Origin: an uncultured Anaerolineaceae bacterium
Lineage (GTDB): Bacteria; Chloroflexota; Anaerolineae; JAAYZQ01
NCBI GenBank assembly: GCA_964452125.1
Contig: CAYVLO010000001.1
Coordinates: 1-34,277, forward strand
Direction: 5' to 3'
Length of the DNA stretch: 34,277 nt
Positions 25,341 to 33,441 of this stretch are shown here, in pieces; positions within the stretch are counted from its first letter, which is position 1, and every line of letters starts with the position of its first letter. Below the pieces are notes generated by a model, which did no database searches, was not told where the DNA came from, and saw only the letters and a list, made by a program, of their open reading frames with translations. The translations under genes were made by a program, and so were the position numbers.

Positions 25341-26642
25341 ATGACGCGCAGCCGTATCGTCCTTTTGCTCTGGGTGCTGGTGGCCGCGGGAGCCATCGGC
25401 ACAGGGCGGGAGCTACTGTACAATCTCTGGTATTTGCTGACTGCGCTGCTTGTGGTCAGTTATGCCTGGGCGTGGAGCGGAGTGCGGCGCGTACAGATTG
25501 AGCGCCAGGCGCGGACGGGCCGCTCGCAGGTGGGCAAGATCGCCGAAGAGCGGCTGGTGGTGCGCAATCAAGGCCTTGTTCCCAAACTGTGGCTTGAGGT
25601 GCGCGATTTTTCTACGCTGCCGGATCATCAGGTCAGTCGGGTGATCAGTCCCTTGGGCGGGCGCAAGATGCACTCCTGGACGGTCAAAACCCGGTGCCTG
25701 CAACGGGGCCGCTTTACCCTGGGGCCCATCGCCATTGCCAGCGGCGATCCTTTTGGACTGTTTCGGCGGTCGCGAACTCTGGAGGAGCCCGGCGAAGCGT
25801 CGTTCATTGTCTATCCGGCCCTTGTGGATGTACCCAATTTCGCGCCCCAGGTGGGTTTTTTGCCCGGCGGAGATACCATGCGCCGCCGGACTCCCTACGT
25901 GACCACCAACGTGTCGGGCGTGCGCGACTATGCCCCGGGCGATAGCTTTGGCCGGATCCATTGGCCCTCCACGGCCCGGACGGGCAAGCTGATCTCCAAA
26001 GAGTTCGAGCTGGATCCCACAGCCGATATCTGGCTGGTCCTGGATCTGGATAAGGACGCCCATTCGGATCTGGGCTGGTCGGAGTTGGCCCTGCAGCAAG
26101 AAAAGCGGCTACCCTGGGAACCGGTGGGCCGTGAGCTGACGCTGGCGCCGTCGACGTTAGAGTATGGCGTGACGGTTGTCGCTTCGCTGGCCAATCACTT
26201 TCTGGCCCGCGATCGAGCCGTGGGTTTTTTGGCCTACAGCCGAGCTCGCGAGGTGATCCCAGCCGACCGAGGGGAACGGCAGCTTGCCAAGATTCTGGAA
26301 ACATTGGCTGTCATCCGCGCTGATGGGCAGATCCCGCTGGGGGAGATTATCACCGCCGAAGCGACTCATCTGCGGCGCAACACGACCGTGATCGTTGTCA
26401 CGGCGACCGACCAGCCCTACTGGATTGCCGCCTGCCGCGACGTGACCCAGCGGGGGGTGCGCGTCGTGGCTGTACTGATCGATCCGCAGGGATTTGGCCA
26501 TCTGCGCAGCAACGAACGCCTGGCAAATGAACTGTCGATCAGCGGCATTCCGACCTACTTGGTTCGCGAGGGGGACGAGCTGGACCAGGCGCTGGCCCGA
26601 CCTTTTGCCTGGGCCATCACGCCGGTGGGCCGCCCGTTCTGA
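25341..26642 (+). CDS. DUF58 domain protein (vWA-like), N-terminal TM helices
   Basis: The signature block is VRDYAPGDSFGRIHWPSTARTGKLISKEFE. I chose ATG 25341 (MTRSRIVLLLWVL). The alternative start is TTG 25320. Confidence 0.8.
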   Translation: MTRSRIVLLLWVLVAAGAIGTGRELLYNLWYLLTALLVVSYAWAWSGVRRVQIERQARTGRSQVGKIAEERLVVRNQGLVPKLWLEVRDFSTLPDHQVSRVISPLGGRKMHSWTVKTRCLQRGRFTLGPIAIASGDPFGLFRRSRTLEEPGEASFIVYPALVDVPNFAPQVGFLPGGDTMRRRTPYVTTNVSGVRDYAPGDSFGRIHWPSTARTGKLISKEFELDPTADIWLVLDLDKDAHSDLGWSELALQQEKRLPWEPVGRELTLAPSTLEYGVTVVASLANHFLARDRAVGFLAYSRAREVIPADRGERQLAKILETLAVIRADGQIPLGEIITAEATHLRRNTTVIVVTATDQPYWIAACRDVTQRGVRVVAVLIDPQGFGHLRSNERLANELSISGIPTYLVREGDELDQALARPFAWAITPVGRPF

Positions 26643-26723
26643 GATCGGGGGAATTTGGCGAGAGTCGCGTTCTTTTGAAGGGATTCTGTCCTGTTTTGCG
26701 TTTAATTGGGAGGATGGGGAACC

Positions 26724-27242
26724 ATGATCCGTGGAGAACAGGTAGTGCTGCGCGCCATCGAGCGGGCCGATCTGCCAAACTACGTGGCCTGGTTGAACGA
26801 CGAGCGGGTGTTGGAATATTTCGGGCGTTTTCTGCCGTGGACGCTGAGCCAGGAAGAAAACTGGTATGAGCGCATGTTGGACGATGCCAGCGTCTGCAAC
26901 TTGGCCGTCGAATTTGAGGGTAGGCACGTCGGTGGGGCCGGGTTTAGCCACATCGATGGCCGGACGCGCAGCGCCGAGGTGGGCCTGTTTTTCGGGCTGC
27001 CCGAGCTTTGGGACCGCGGGCTCGGCTACGACACCCTGCGCGCCCTCCTGACATTCGGTTTCGAGCAGATGAACCTGAACCGGATCGCCCTGCGGGTGTT
27101 TGAGGAGAACAAGCGCGCCGTTCACCTGTACGAAAAAGTCGGCTTTCAGCACGAGGGACGCTGGCGTCAGGCCGATTTTCGCCACGGGCGCTACCACGAT
27201 ACCCTGTGGATGAGTGTGCTGCGCAACGAGTGGCAGGGCTAG
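26724..27242 (+). CDS. GNAT family N-acetyltransferase (RimJ/RimL-like)
   Basis: The acetyl-CoA binding block is RGLGYDTLRALLTFGFEQMNLNRIALRVFEENKRAVHLYEKVGF. GGGAGGA lies upstream of ATG 26724. Confidence 0.8.
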   Translation: MIRGEQVVLRAIERADLPNYVAWLNDERVLEYFGRFLPWTLSQEENWYERMLDDASVCNLAVEFEGRHVGGAGFSHIDGRTRSAEVGLFFGLPELWDRGLGYDTLRALLTFGFEQMNLNRIALRVFEENKRAVHLYEKVGFQHEGRWRQADFRHGRYHDTLWMSVLRNEWQG

Positions 27243-27268
27243 CCCCTTGAGTGTGAGGTTTGTCGAAC

Positions 27269-28648
27269 ATGCTTAGCCTGGACGATACCATTGCCGCCAT
27301 TTCCACACCGGTGGGCGAGGCGGGTATTGGTATCGTGCGCATGACCGGTCCGGAGGCGGCGCCGATCCTGCAGAGCCTATTTATTCCCGCCTCGGGCGAC
27401 GGACTCCTGCCCCGGCTGTTGCACTATGGTCATATCGTGGATCCCGCTGCCGGTGAAAGGGTGGACGAAGTGTTGGCCGTTTATATGCCGGCGCCACGCA
27501 CCTACACCCGTCAGGATGTGGTCGAAGTCCACGGACACGGGGGGATCGTCGCCCTGCGACGCATTCTGGGCCTTTGCTTGGGCCAGGGGGCGCGCCTGGC
27601 AGAACCGGGAGAGTTCACCGCCCGGGCTTTTCTCAACGGCCGCCTGGATCTGGCCCAGGCCGAAGCCGTTCTGGACATCATCCAGGCCAAGACGGAAACG
27701 TCGTTGCAGGCGGCGGTGGAGCAGCTCTCCGGGCGCCTTTCGGTACAGGTGCGCCAGATCCGCGAGGTTCTGCTCGGCGCTCTGGCTCATCTGGAAGCGA
27801 GCATCGATTTTGCCGAGGATGAGATCCCGGAACGCGATATTGTCCTGGACCTGGAGCAGGCAGCCGAGGGGTTGCAGGGGCTGCTGGCCCAGGCCGAACG
27901 GGGTATCATCTATCGCCAGGGGGTGCGGGTGGCCATTGTAGGCCGGCCTAACGTGGGTAAATCCAGCCTGCTGAACCGGCTCTTGCGCGTCAACCGGGCC
28001 ATCGTCACTGACATCCCCGGCACCACACGGGACACATTGGAGGAGACCATCAACTTGCAGGGCATCCCGCTGGTGCTGGTGGATACAGCGGGCATCACGG
28101 CCCAGGCCACCGACCCGGTGGAGCGCCTGGGTGTGGAGCGAAGTCGCTCGGCGCTGGCCGGGGCGGATCTGGTGCTGCTCATGGTGGATGCCACCCAGCC
28201 TCTGACCCAAGAGGACCGGGCCATTGCCTCCCTGGTTGAGGGCCAGACGACCCTTCTGGTGGCCAACAAGATCGATTTGCGAGCCGAAAGCGCCCCACTC
28301 CCCGAACGGGCGTCGCTGGACATTCGCACGGCGAGGACCGTGGGCGTTTCGGCCTTGACCGGCGAGGGGTTGCACGATCTGGAGAGCGCCATCGTCGAGA
28401 CCGTGTTCTCGGGGCAGGTGACGGCCTCCGAAGCGCCGGCAGTTACCAATCCGCGTCACAAAGAAGCGCTGGCCCGCGCCCTGGTTCACGTACACGACGC
28501 GCAGGAAGCTCACCGCTCGGGCGTGTTGCCCGACCTGGTATCCATTGATCTATCGGCCGCAGTCCATCTGTTGGGTGAGATCACAGGCCAGACGGCCAGT
28601 GAGGACCTGGTGGACCGGATATTTGGCAGCTTTTGTGTGGGGAAATAA
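27269..28648 (+). CDS. mnmE: tRNA modification GTPase MnmE
   Basis: The N-terminus has DTIAAISTP, the G domain has GRPNVGKSSLLN / DTAG / NKID, and the C-terminus is FCVGK. ATG 27269 is preferred over TTG 27260. Confidence 0.9.
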   Translation: MLSLDDTIAAISTPVGEAGIGIVRMTGPEAAPILQSLFIPASGDGLLPRLLHYGHIVDPAAGERVDEVLAVYMPAPRTYTRQDVVEVHGHGGIVALRRILGLCLGQGARLAEPGEFTARAFLNGRLDLAQAEAVLDIIQAKTETSLQAAVEQLSGRLSVQVRQIREVLLGALAHLEASIDFAEDEIPERDIVLDLEQAAEGLQGLLAQAERGIIYRQGVRVAIVGRPNVGKSSLLNRLLRVNRAIVTDIPGTTRDTLEETINLQGIPLVLVDTAGITAQATDPVERLGVERSRSALAGADLVLLMVDATQPLTQEDRAIASLVEGQTTLLVANKIDLRAESAPLPERASLDIRTARTVGVSALTGEGLHDLESAIVETVFSGQVTASEAPAVTNPRHKEALARALVHVHDAQEAHRSGVLPDLVSIDLSAAVHLLGEITGQTASEDLVDRIFGSFCVGK

Positions 28649-28665
28649 TCCAAGATGTGGTTAGC

Positions 28666-30288
28666 ATGAAGAATAAATCGATGAACCTCAAGCCCAAGGC
28701 CAGACCATCGAGGTCACCTCTGATCGCCCTTGTCCTGACCCTTGCTGTGATCCTCTCGAGTTGTGGAGCGACCCCGACGCGGGTGGCGATATCAACCACG
28801 GCAACCACGTTGCCGACTGCATCACCGAGCGTGACGCCCAGCCCGTCGCCCACCTGGACGGCCCTACCGACCGTCAAGGCAGTGTCGGACTCGAGCGTCC
28901 AGGCCACCCAGACAGCGGCAGCCAGGCTAGAGTCAACGCCGACTGCTTCCTCCTCGCCGACGAGTACCCCGTCAGCCACTCCCTCGCTGACGGTGACCTC
29001 CTCGCCTGCGCCATCCCCCTGGCCCACGTTGGGCTCGAGCCAGCCGGTGACGCCGACGGCGACGGGCGAGCCGGGCCCTGGTTCGGTGGTGATTTCGGCA
29101 ACGGCGACCATCACCCCCACCCCCACGCCGACGCTGACGCCCACACCGATGTTCAGCCCCACGCCCATGCCCACAGCAACCTTCTCGGGCAACGTGGTCC
29201 ATATTTTGGCCCTGGGGTTAGACTCGACGCACAACCTGAATGCACAGAATACCGATGTGATCATTGTGGCTGCGGTAAACAAGGACACCAAGCAGGTATC
29301 GCTATTGTCCATTCCCCGCGACCTGTGGGTCTATATCCCCACCCACGGCTGGGATCGGATCAACACCGCCCACAAAACTGGGCACCGATACAACTATCCA
29401 GGCGGCGGCCCGGCCCTTTTGAGCGAGACCATCCGGATCAACCTGGGCATCACCATCGATCACTGGGTGCGGATCGATTTTCGAGGGTTCGCCCGCGTGG
29501 TGGACCAACTCGGGGGCGTCGACATGGTGGTGGCCTGCCCGGTGAACCTTCGCTACATGCCTCCGGAACAAGAGGGGGAGGAGGAGATGTACCTGGAGCC
29601 GGGCGTCTATCACATGGATGGCGATATGGCCCTGCGCTACGTGCGCAGCCGCCGCGGGGGCACCGATTTTGACCGCTCGCGCCGCCAGCACCAGTTTCTA
29701 AAGGCGGTGTGGCAGCAGACCAAGAACCCGGAACTCTTGCTCAAGATCCCCAGCCTGTGGTCGGCCCTCAAAGGCTCCTATGAGACGGATCTCAACCTGG
29801 GGGACGTGCTGTCTTTGGCTCCCCTGGCCCTCGATTTGCAGCCGCAACGCATCCGCAGTCGCTACATCAGTCAAGCGCACACCATCGACTGGGAAACGCA
29901 CCTGGGGGCGCAGGTCTTGTTGCCGATCCCGGAAAAGATCCAAGCCGTGGTGGCCAGTTTATACGCACCATCGTCTGGAGTAAGCGACGCCATCGCCGCC
30001 GAGTCGGTGGGTATCCAGGTGCGCAATGGAACCTACCAACCCCAATTGGCCCTGATCGCTGCTGATGAATTGCGCTGGAACGGATTTCAGGTGGTCGACA
30101 CCGGTCCGGCCGATGTGCCCACCTATGCCGAGACCCAGATTGTGGTCTACAGGGAAAAAGCCCAAGCTTTGGAATTGCTGGCCAAGCTGTTGGCCATCAA
30201 GCCGGAGAACGTGATCTACCAGTTGGACGACAGCCAGCCGGCCGATCTAATGCTCATCCTGGGCCGGGATTATAACCCCTGCCGGTAG
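28666..30288 (+). CDS. LCP (LytR-CpsA-Psr) family protein with a Pro/Thr/Ser-rich linker and a LytR_C-like C-terminus
   Basis: It has a TM/signal segment, then about 150 aa of S/T/P-rich low complexity. The LCP core follows (VHILALGLD...DVIIVAAVN...LLSIPRDLWVYIP...YVRSRRG). The C-terminal block is IQVRNGTYQPQLALIAADELRWNGFQV. Confidence 0.8.
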   Translation: MKNKSMNLKPKARPSRSPLIALVLTLAVILSSCGATPTRVAISTTATTLPTASPSVTPSPSPTWTALPTVKAVSDSSVQATQTAAARLESTPTASSSPTSTPSATPSLTVTSSPAPSPWPTLGSSQPVTPTATGEPGPGSVVISATATITPTPTPTLTPTPMFSPTPMPTATFSGNVVHILALGLDSTHNLNAQNTDVIIVAAVNKDTKQVSLLSIPRDLWVYIPTHGWDRINTAHKTGHRYNYPGGGPALLSETIRINLGITIDHWVRIDFRGFARVVDQLGGVDMVVACPVNLRYMPPEQEGEEEMYLEPGVYHMDGDMALRYVRSRRGGTDFDRSRRQHQFLKAVWQQTKNPELLLKIPSLWSALKGSYETDLNLGDVLSLAPLALDLQPQRIRSRYISQAHTIDWETHLGAQVLLPIPEKIQAVVASLYAPSSGVSDAIAAESVGIQVRNGTYQPQLALIAADELRWNGFQVVDTGPADVPTYAETQIVVYREKAQALELLAKLLAIKPENVIYQLDDSQPADLMLILGRDYNPCR

Positions 30289-30362
30289 AGGCCGAACGGC
30301 CCGGCGTACCATTCGGATTTCTGGACAATTCTGCTTTGAATCGGGGTGTTGTGGTTACGCCC

Positions 30363-31047
30363 TCAGAACAGCGGCCAGATAAGCGGTAGGCTGACCAAGG
30401 TGGCGATCAGAATGACCAGATTGAGAGGACCTCCGACCCGGGTATAATCGAAAAAGCGATACCCTCCTGGTCCCAGGACCAATACGTTGGCCTGATGGCC
30501 CACGGGCGTGAGAAAACTGGTCGAGGCGCCGATGACGGTCGCCAGAACTCGGTGAGCAAACTGGCTGCCAGCACGTTGGGCGGCGTGCCAATGAGGGTCA
30601 TGTTGCCGCCCAGGAGCGACGAGAACGACAAAGGGATGAGGAGCTTGGACAGCGGCACCTTGGCCTGGCGCGAGATCCCAACCACTGCCGGCGGAGAACG
30701 GCCGTGGCGCCGATGTTGTTCATAAAGGCCGACATGAGGCCGCAGGCCAGCATAATGACGGCGATCAGCCGCGGCTCGCTTTTGCCCGCCAGGCGAATGA
30801 TACGCTCGCCAAGGATGTCGGCCCCACCGGTCTTGAACAGCGCGCCCGATACGATATAGACGGCCCACACGGTGACCACCGCCGGGCTGGCAAATCCAGC
30901 AAAGATCTCGCCAGGACCGACCAGGCCGCTGAGGGCCAGAGCCAGGAGGACCATCAGGGCGATCAGATCCACTCGCAGCTTTTCGGTGGCAAAGAGGACC
31001 ACGGCTACAGCAATGATGCCCAACGTCAGCGCGATTTGAGGCGTCAT
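30363..31047 (-). pseudogene. Decayed paralogue of the adjacent SLC13/DASS permease (1-nt frameshift plus a large internal deletion)
   Basis: - First frame: the N-terminal 149-aa ORF aligns with the neighbour up to SAFMNNIG.
- Second frame: homology continues after a 1-nt loss near 30689-30696 (VVGISRQAKVPLSKLLIPLSFSSLLGGNMTLIGTPPN).
- Third frame: after about 30537-30547 it jumps to the family C-terminus (ASTSFLTPVGHQANVLVLGPGGYRFFDY...IWPLF, then stop at 30363). Confidence 0.65.
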
Positions 31048-31073
31048 GTTCCCTCACACCCCGTCAGTTAGGA

Positions 31074-33428
31074 TTAGAAGGGCCAAAAGACCGGCAGCAC
31101 CAACAGCATTACAATCAGCACGACAAGGGTCAAGGGCAACCCCACCCGGATATAATCCGAAAAGCGATAACCACCCGGCCCCATGATGAACACATTGGCT
31201 GGGTGAGCGACAGGGCTGAGGAAACTGGCTGATGCGGCCATAGCCACGCCCATGGCCAAGGGGTAGGGCGAAACGCCCAGATCGCCGGCTGCATTCAGGG
31301 CCATGGGGATGAGCAAGACGGCTACAGCGGCCGAAGGCATCACCTGTGTGGCGGCTGTGCCCAAGAGGAAAAGGCCTGCCACCACGGCCAAAGGCCCCAG
31401 GCCGCCCAGGGTGGTGACCAATCCTTCGGCCAGAAGCCGCGCCGCGCCGGTTTGTTCCATGGCGATTCCCAAGGACAACATGCCCGCGATCAGAAAGACC
31501 GCTTTCCACTCGATGGAGCGATAGGCCTCTTCCATGGTCAAGCAGCCGGTCAGGACCATGGCCACAGCCCCGGCAACGGCGGCGATGGAGATGGGCGCCC
31601 AACCCAAGATGACGGGCAACAAAACTGCCGCCATAATGCCCAATGCCCACGGCGCGCGATCCAACCGCGGCGCCTTCTGGGCCTCCTCGGTCAACACCAG
31701 GAAATCGGGCTCGCTGCCCAGCACTCTGAGCTTTTCATGGGGTCCGTAGAGCAGCAGAGCGTCGCCCAGGCGCAGGGTCATGTCACCCAAATCTGATCGA
31801 TAGGCGCGTCCCTCGCGCCAGATGGCCAGCACACTGAGCCCGTACTTTTCCCGAAAGTGGAGCTGGCGCAGCGTCTTGCCCAGCAGTGTGGTGTGGGGCG
31901 AGAGCACGGCCTCGGCCAGACCGACTTGCGCCGATTCCAGTGCATCCAGATCGTGGGCCGGTTGGCTCTCAACCTCCAGGGCTCCCAGACCGCGCAGCGT
32001 GGCCAGGTCTTCGACGCGACCTTCCACCAAAAGGGTGTCGCCAGCCTGCACCTGTTCTTCAGGGGCAGGCATCAGGTGGGTCGTCTCTCCCCGTTGGATG
32101 CCCAGCACCGTCAGCCCAAAAGCATCGCCCAAGCGACTCTCCACCAGGGTTCTGCCCACCAGAGTTGAGTCGGCTGGGACGTGGAGGGCGACCAGGCGCT
32201 CGTGCAGGTGATAGATGGACGCCACATCGGCGCTGGAGGCGGGTCGGACGAATTCAAAGTCGGGGAGGTTGTGCAAGGCGTCGAGGGCGGCATGGGGGCC
32301 CTGCACCAGGAGGGTGTCCCCCTCTTGCAAAGGCAGGTTGCGCAGATCCACCCGCCAGGTTACATCGCCGCGGCGTAGGGCCAATGCATTGACGCCCAAA
32401 TGATCCCGAAACCGGCTCTGCAAAACCGTCTGTTCCAAAAGGGCAGAATTGGACGACAGACGCAACTCGGCAATGCCCATCTGGCTGGAGATCAGCCGGT
32501 CTACTTCTAGCGAGCCCTCTTCGAGCACAAGGTGGCCGCGGCCCAGGTCGTTCAACAGGTCGAGTCGGCCCTGGACCAGTAGCCGGTCGCCCGCGCGCAG
32601 CAGGGTGTCGGGGGCGGGTGCCAATTGCGTGTGTTGGTTGCGCAGGATGGCCACGACGTTTAGACCCAGGGCGGCGCCCACACGGCTTTGGGCCAGGGTC
32701 TTGCCATCCAGCGGAGAGTCAGCCTGCAAGCGAAGCAGGAATAGCCGTTCCTGCAGGCTATACAGCTCGCGCAGGTTCCGGGCGCCGGAGTTGGGCAGTT
32801 CTTCCTTTAGCGGATCACGCTGGGGCAAGAGGTGCCGGCCCACCAGAACCATGAAGGCGACGCCCGCCACCGTGATCGGCAGGCCGACGGGGGCATAGTC
32901 AAAGAGCCCGAAAGGCTGCAATCCGTAATCGCGTAGGGCGTCGCTGACGATGATGTTGGGCGGCGTGCCGATGAGCGTGTTCAGCCCTCCCAGAAGCGAA
33001 CCAAAGGCCAGGGGCATCAACAGCCGGGAGGGCGGATGGTTGGTGCGGCGGGCGATGTCGATGACCACCGGCAACAGGAGCGCGGCCACACCGACGTTGT
33101 TCATAAAGGCCGACATGACGCCCGCGGTCAGCATGATCACCATGATCAACCGGGCCTCCCCTTGGCCGGCCCAGCGCAGCACCTGTCGTCCTAGCAGGCC
33201 AGCCACGCCTGTGTAGGACAGGCCACCGCTGAGGATGAACACTGCCCAAACGGTCACCACCGCCGGATTGCTAAAGCCGGAAAGCGCCTCGGTGGGAGTG
33301 ATCAGGCCACTCACGGCCAAACCTACCATCACCAGTAGAGCCACCAACTCCATCGGCAGCCGCTCGGTGACAAAGAGCACGACGCTCAGCACGATCGTGC
33401 CCAAGACGACGGCAATTTCGACCGTCAT
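31074..33428 (-). CDS. SLC13/DASS family permease with four tandem TrkA-C (RCK_C) domains
   Basis: The transporter motifs are SAFMNNVG, GTPPN and SPVAHPAN. Between the two membrane halves are four repeats of the pattern ...G.TL......R...G..VLAI.R.......P.....L..GD.LLV.G.... Confidence 0.85.
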   Translation of the reverse strand: MTVEIAVVLGTIVLSVVLFVTERLPMELVALLVMVGLAVSGLITPTEALSGFSNPAVVTVWAVFILSGGLSYTGVAGLLGRQVLRWAGQGEARLIMVIMLTAGVMSAFMNNVGVAALLLPVVIDIARRTNHPPSRLLMPLAFGSLLGGLNTLIGTPPNIIVSDALRDYGLQPFGLFDYAPVGLPITVAGVAFMVLVGRHLLPQRDPLKEELPNSGARNLRELYSLQERLFLLRLQADSPLDGKTLAQSRVGAALGLNVVAILRNQHTQLAPAPDTLLRAGDRLLVQGRLDLLNDLGRGHLVLEEGSLEVDRLISSQMGIAELRLSSNSALLEQTVLQSRFRDHLGVNALALRRGDVTWRVDLRNLPLQEGDTLLVQGPHAALDALHNLPDFEFVRPASSADVASIYHLHERLVALHVPADSTLVGRTLVESRLGDAFGLTVLGIQRGETTHLMPAPEEQVQAGDTLLVEGRVEDLATLRGLGALEVESQPAHDLDALESAQVGLAEAVLSPHTTLLGKTLRQLHFREKYGLSVLAIWREGRAYRSDLGDMTLRLGDALLLYGPHEKLRVLGSEPDFLVLTEEAQKAPRLDRAPWALGIMAAVLLPVILGWAPISIAAVAGAVAMVLTGCLTMEEAYRSIEWKAVFLIAGMLSLGIAMEQTGAARLLAEGLVTTLGGLGPLAVVAGLFLLGTAATQVMPSAAVAVLLIPMALNAAGDLGVSPYPLAMGVAMAASASFLSPVAHPANVFIMGPGGYRFSDYIRVGLPLTLVVLIVMLLVLPVFWPF

Positions 33429-33441
33429 GTAGGTTTTTGCC

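Noticed and set aside
28581-29312. A minus-strand ORF encodes GVGVSVGVGVGVMV-type repeats.
   Set aside because: It is the reverse-complement reading of the Pro/Thr-rich linker of the LCP gene, so it is a compositional artefact.
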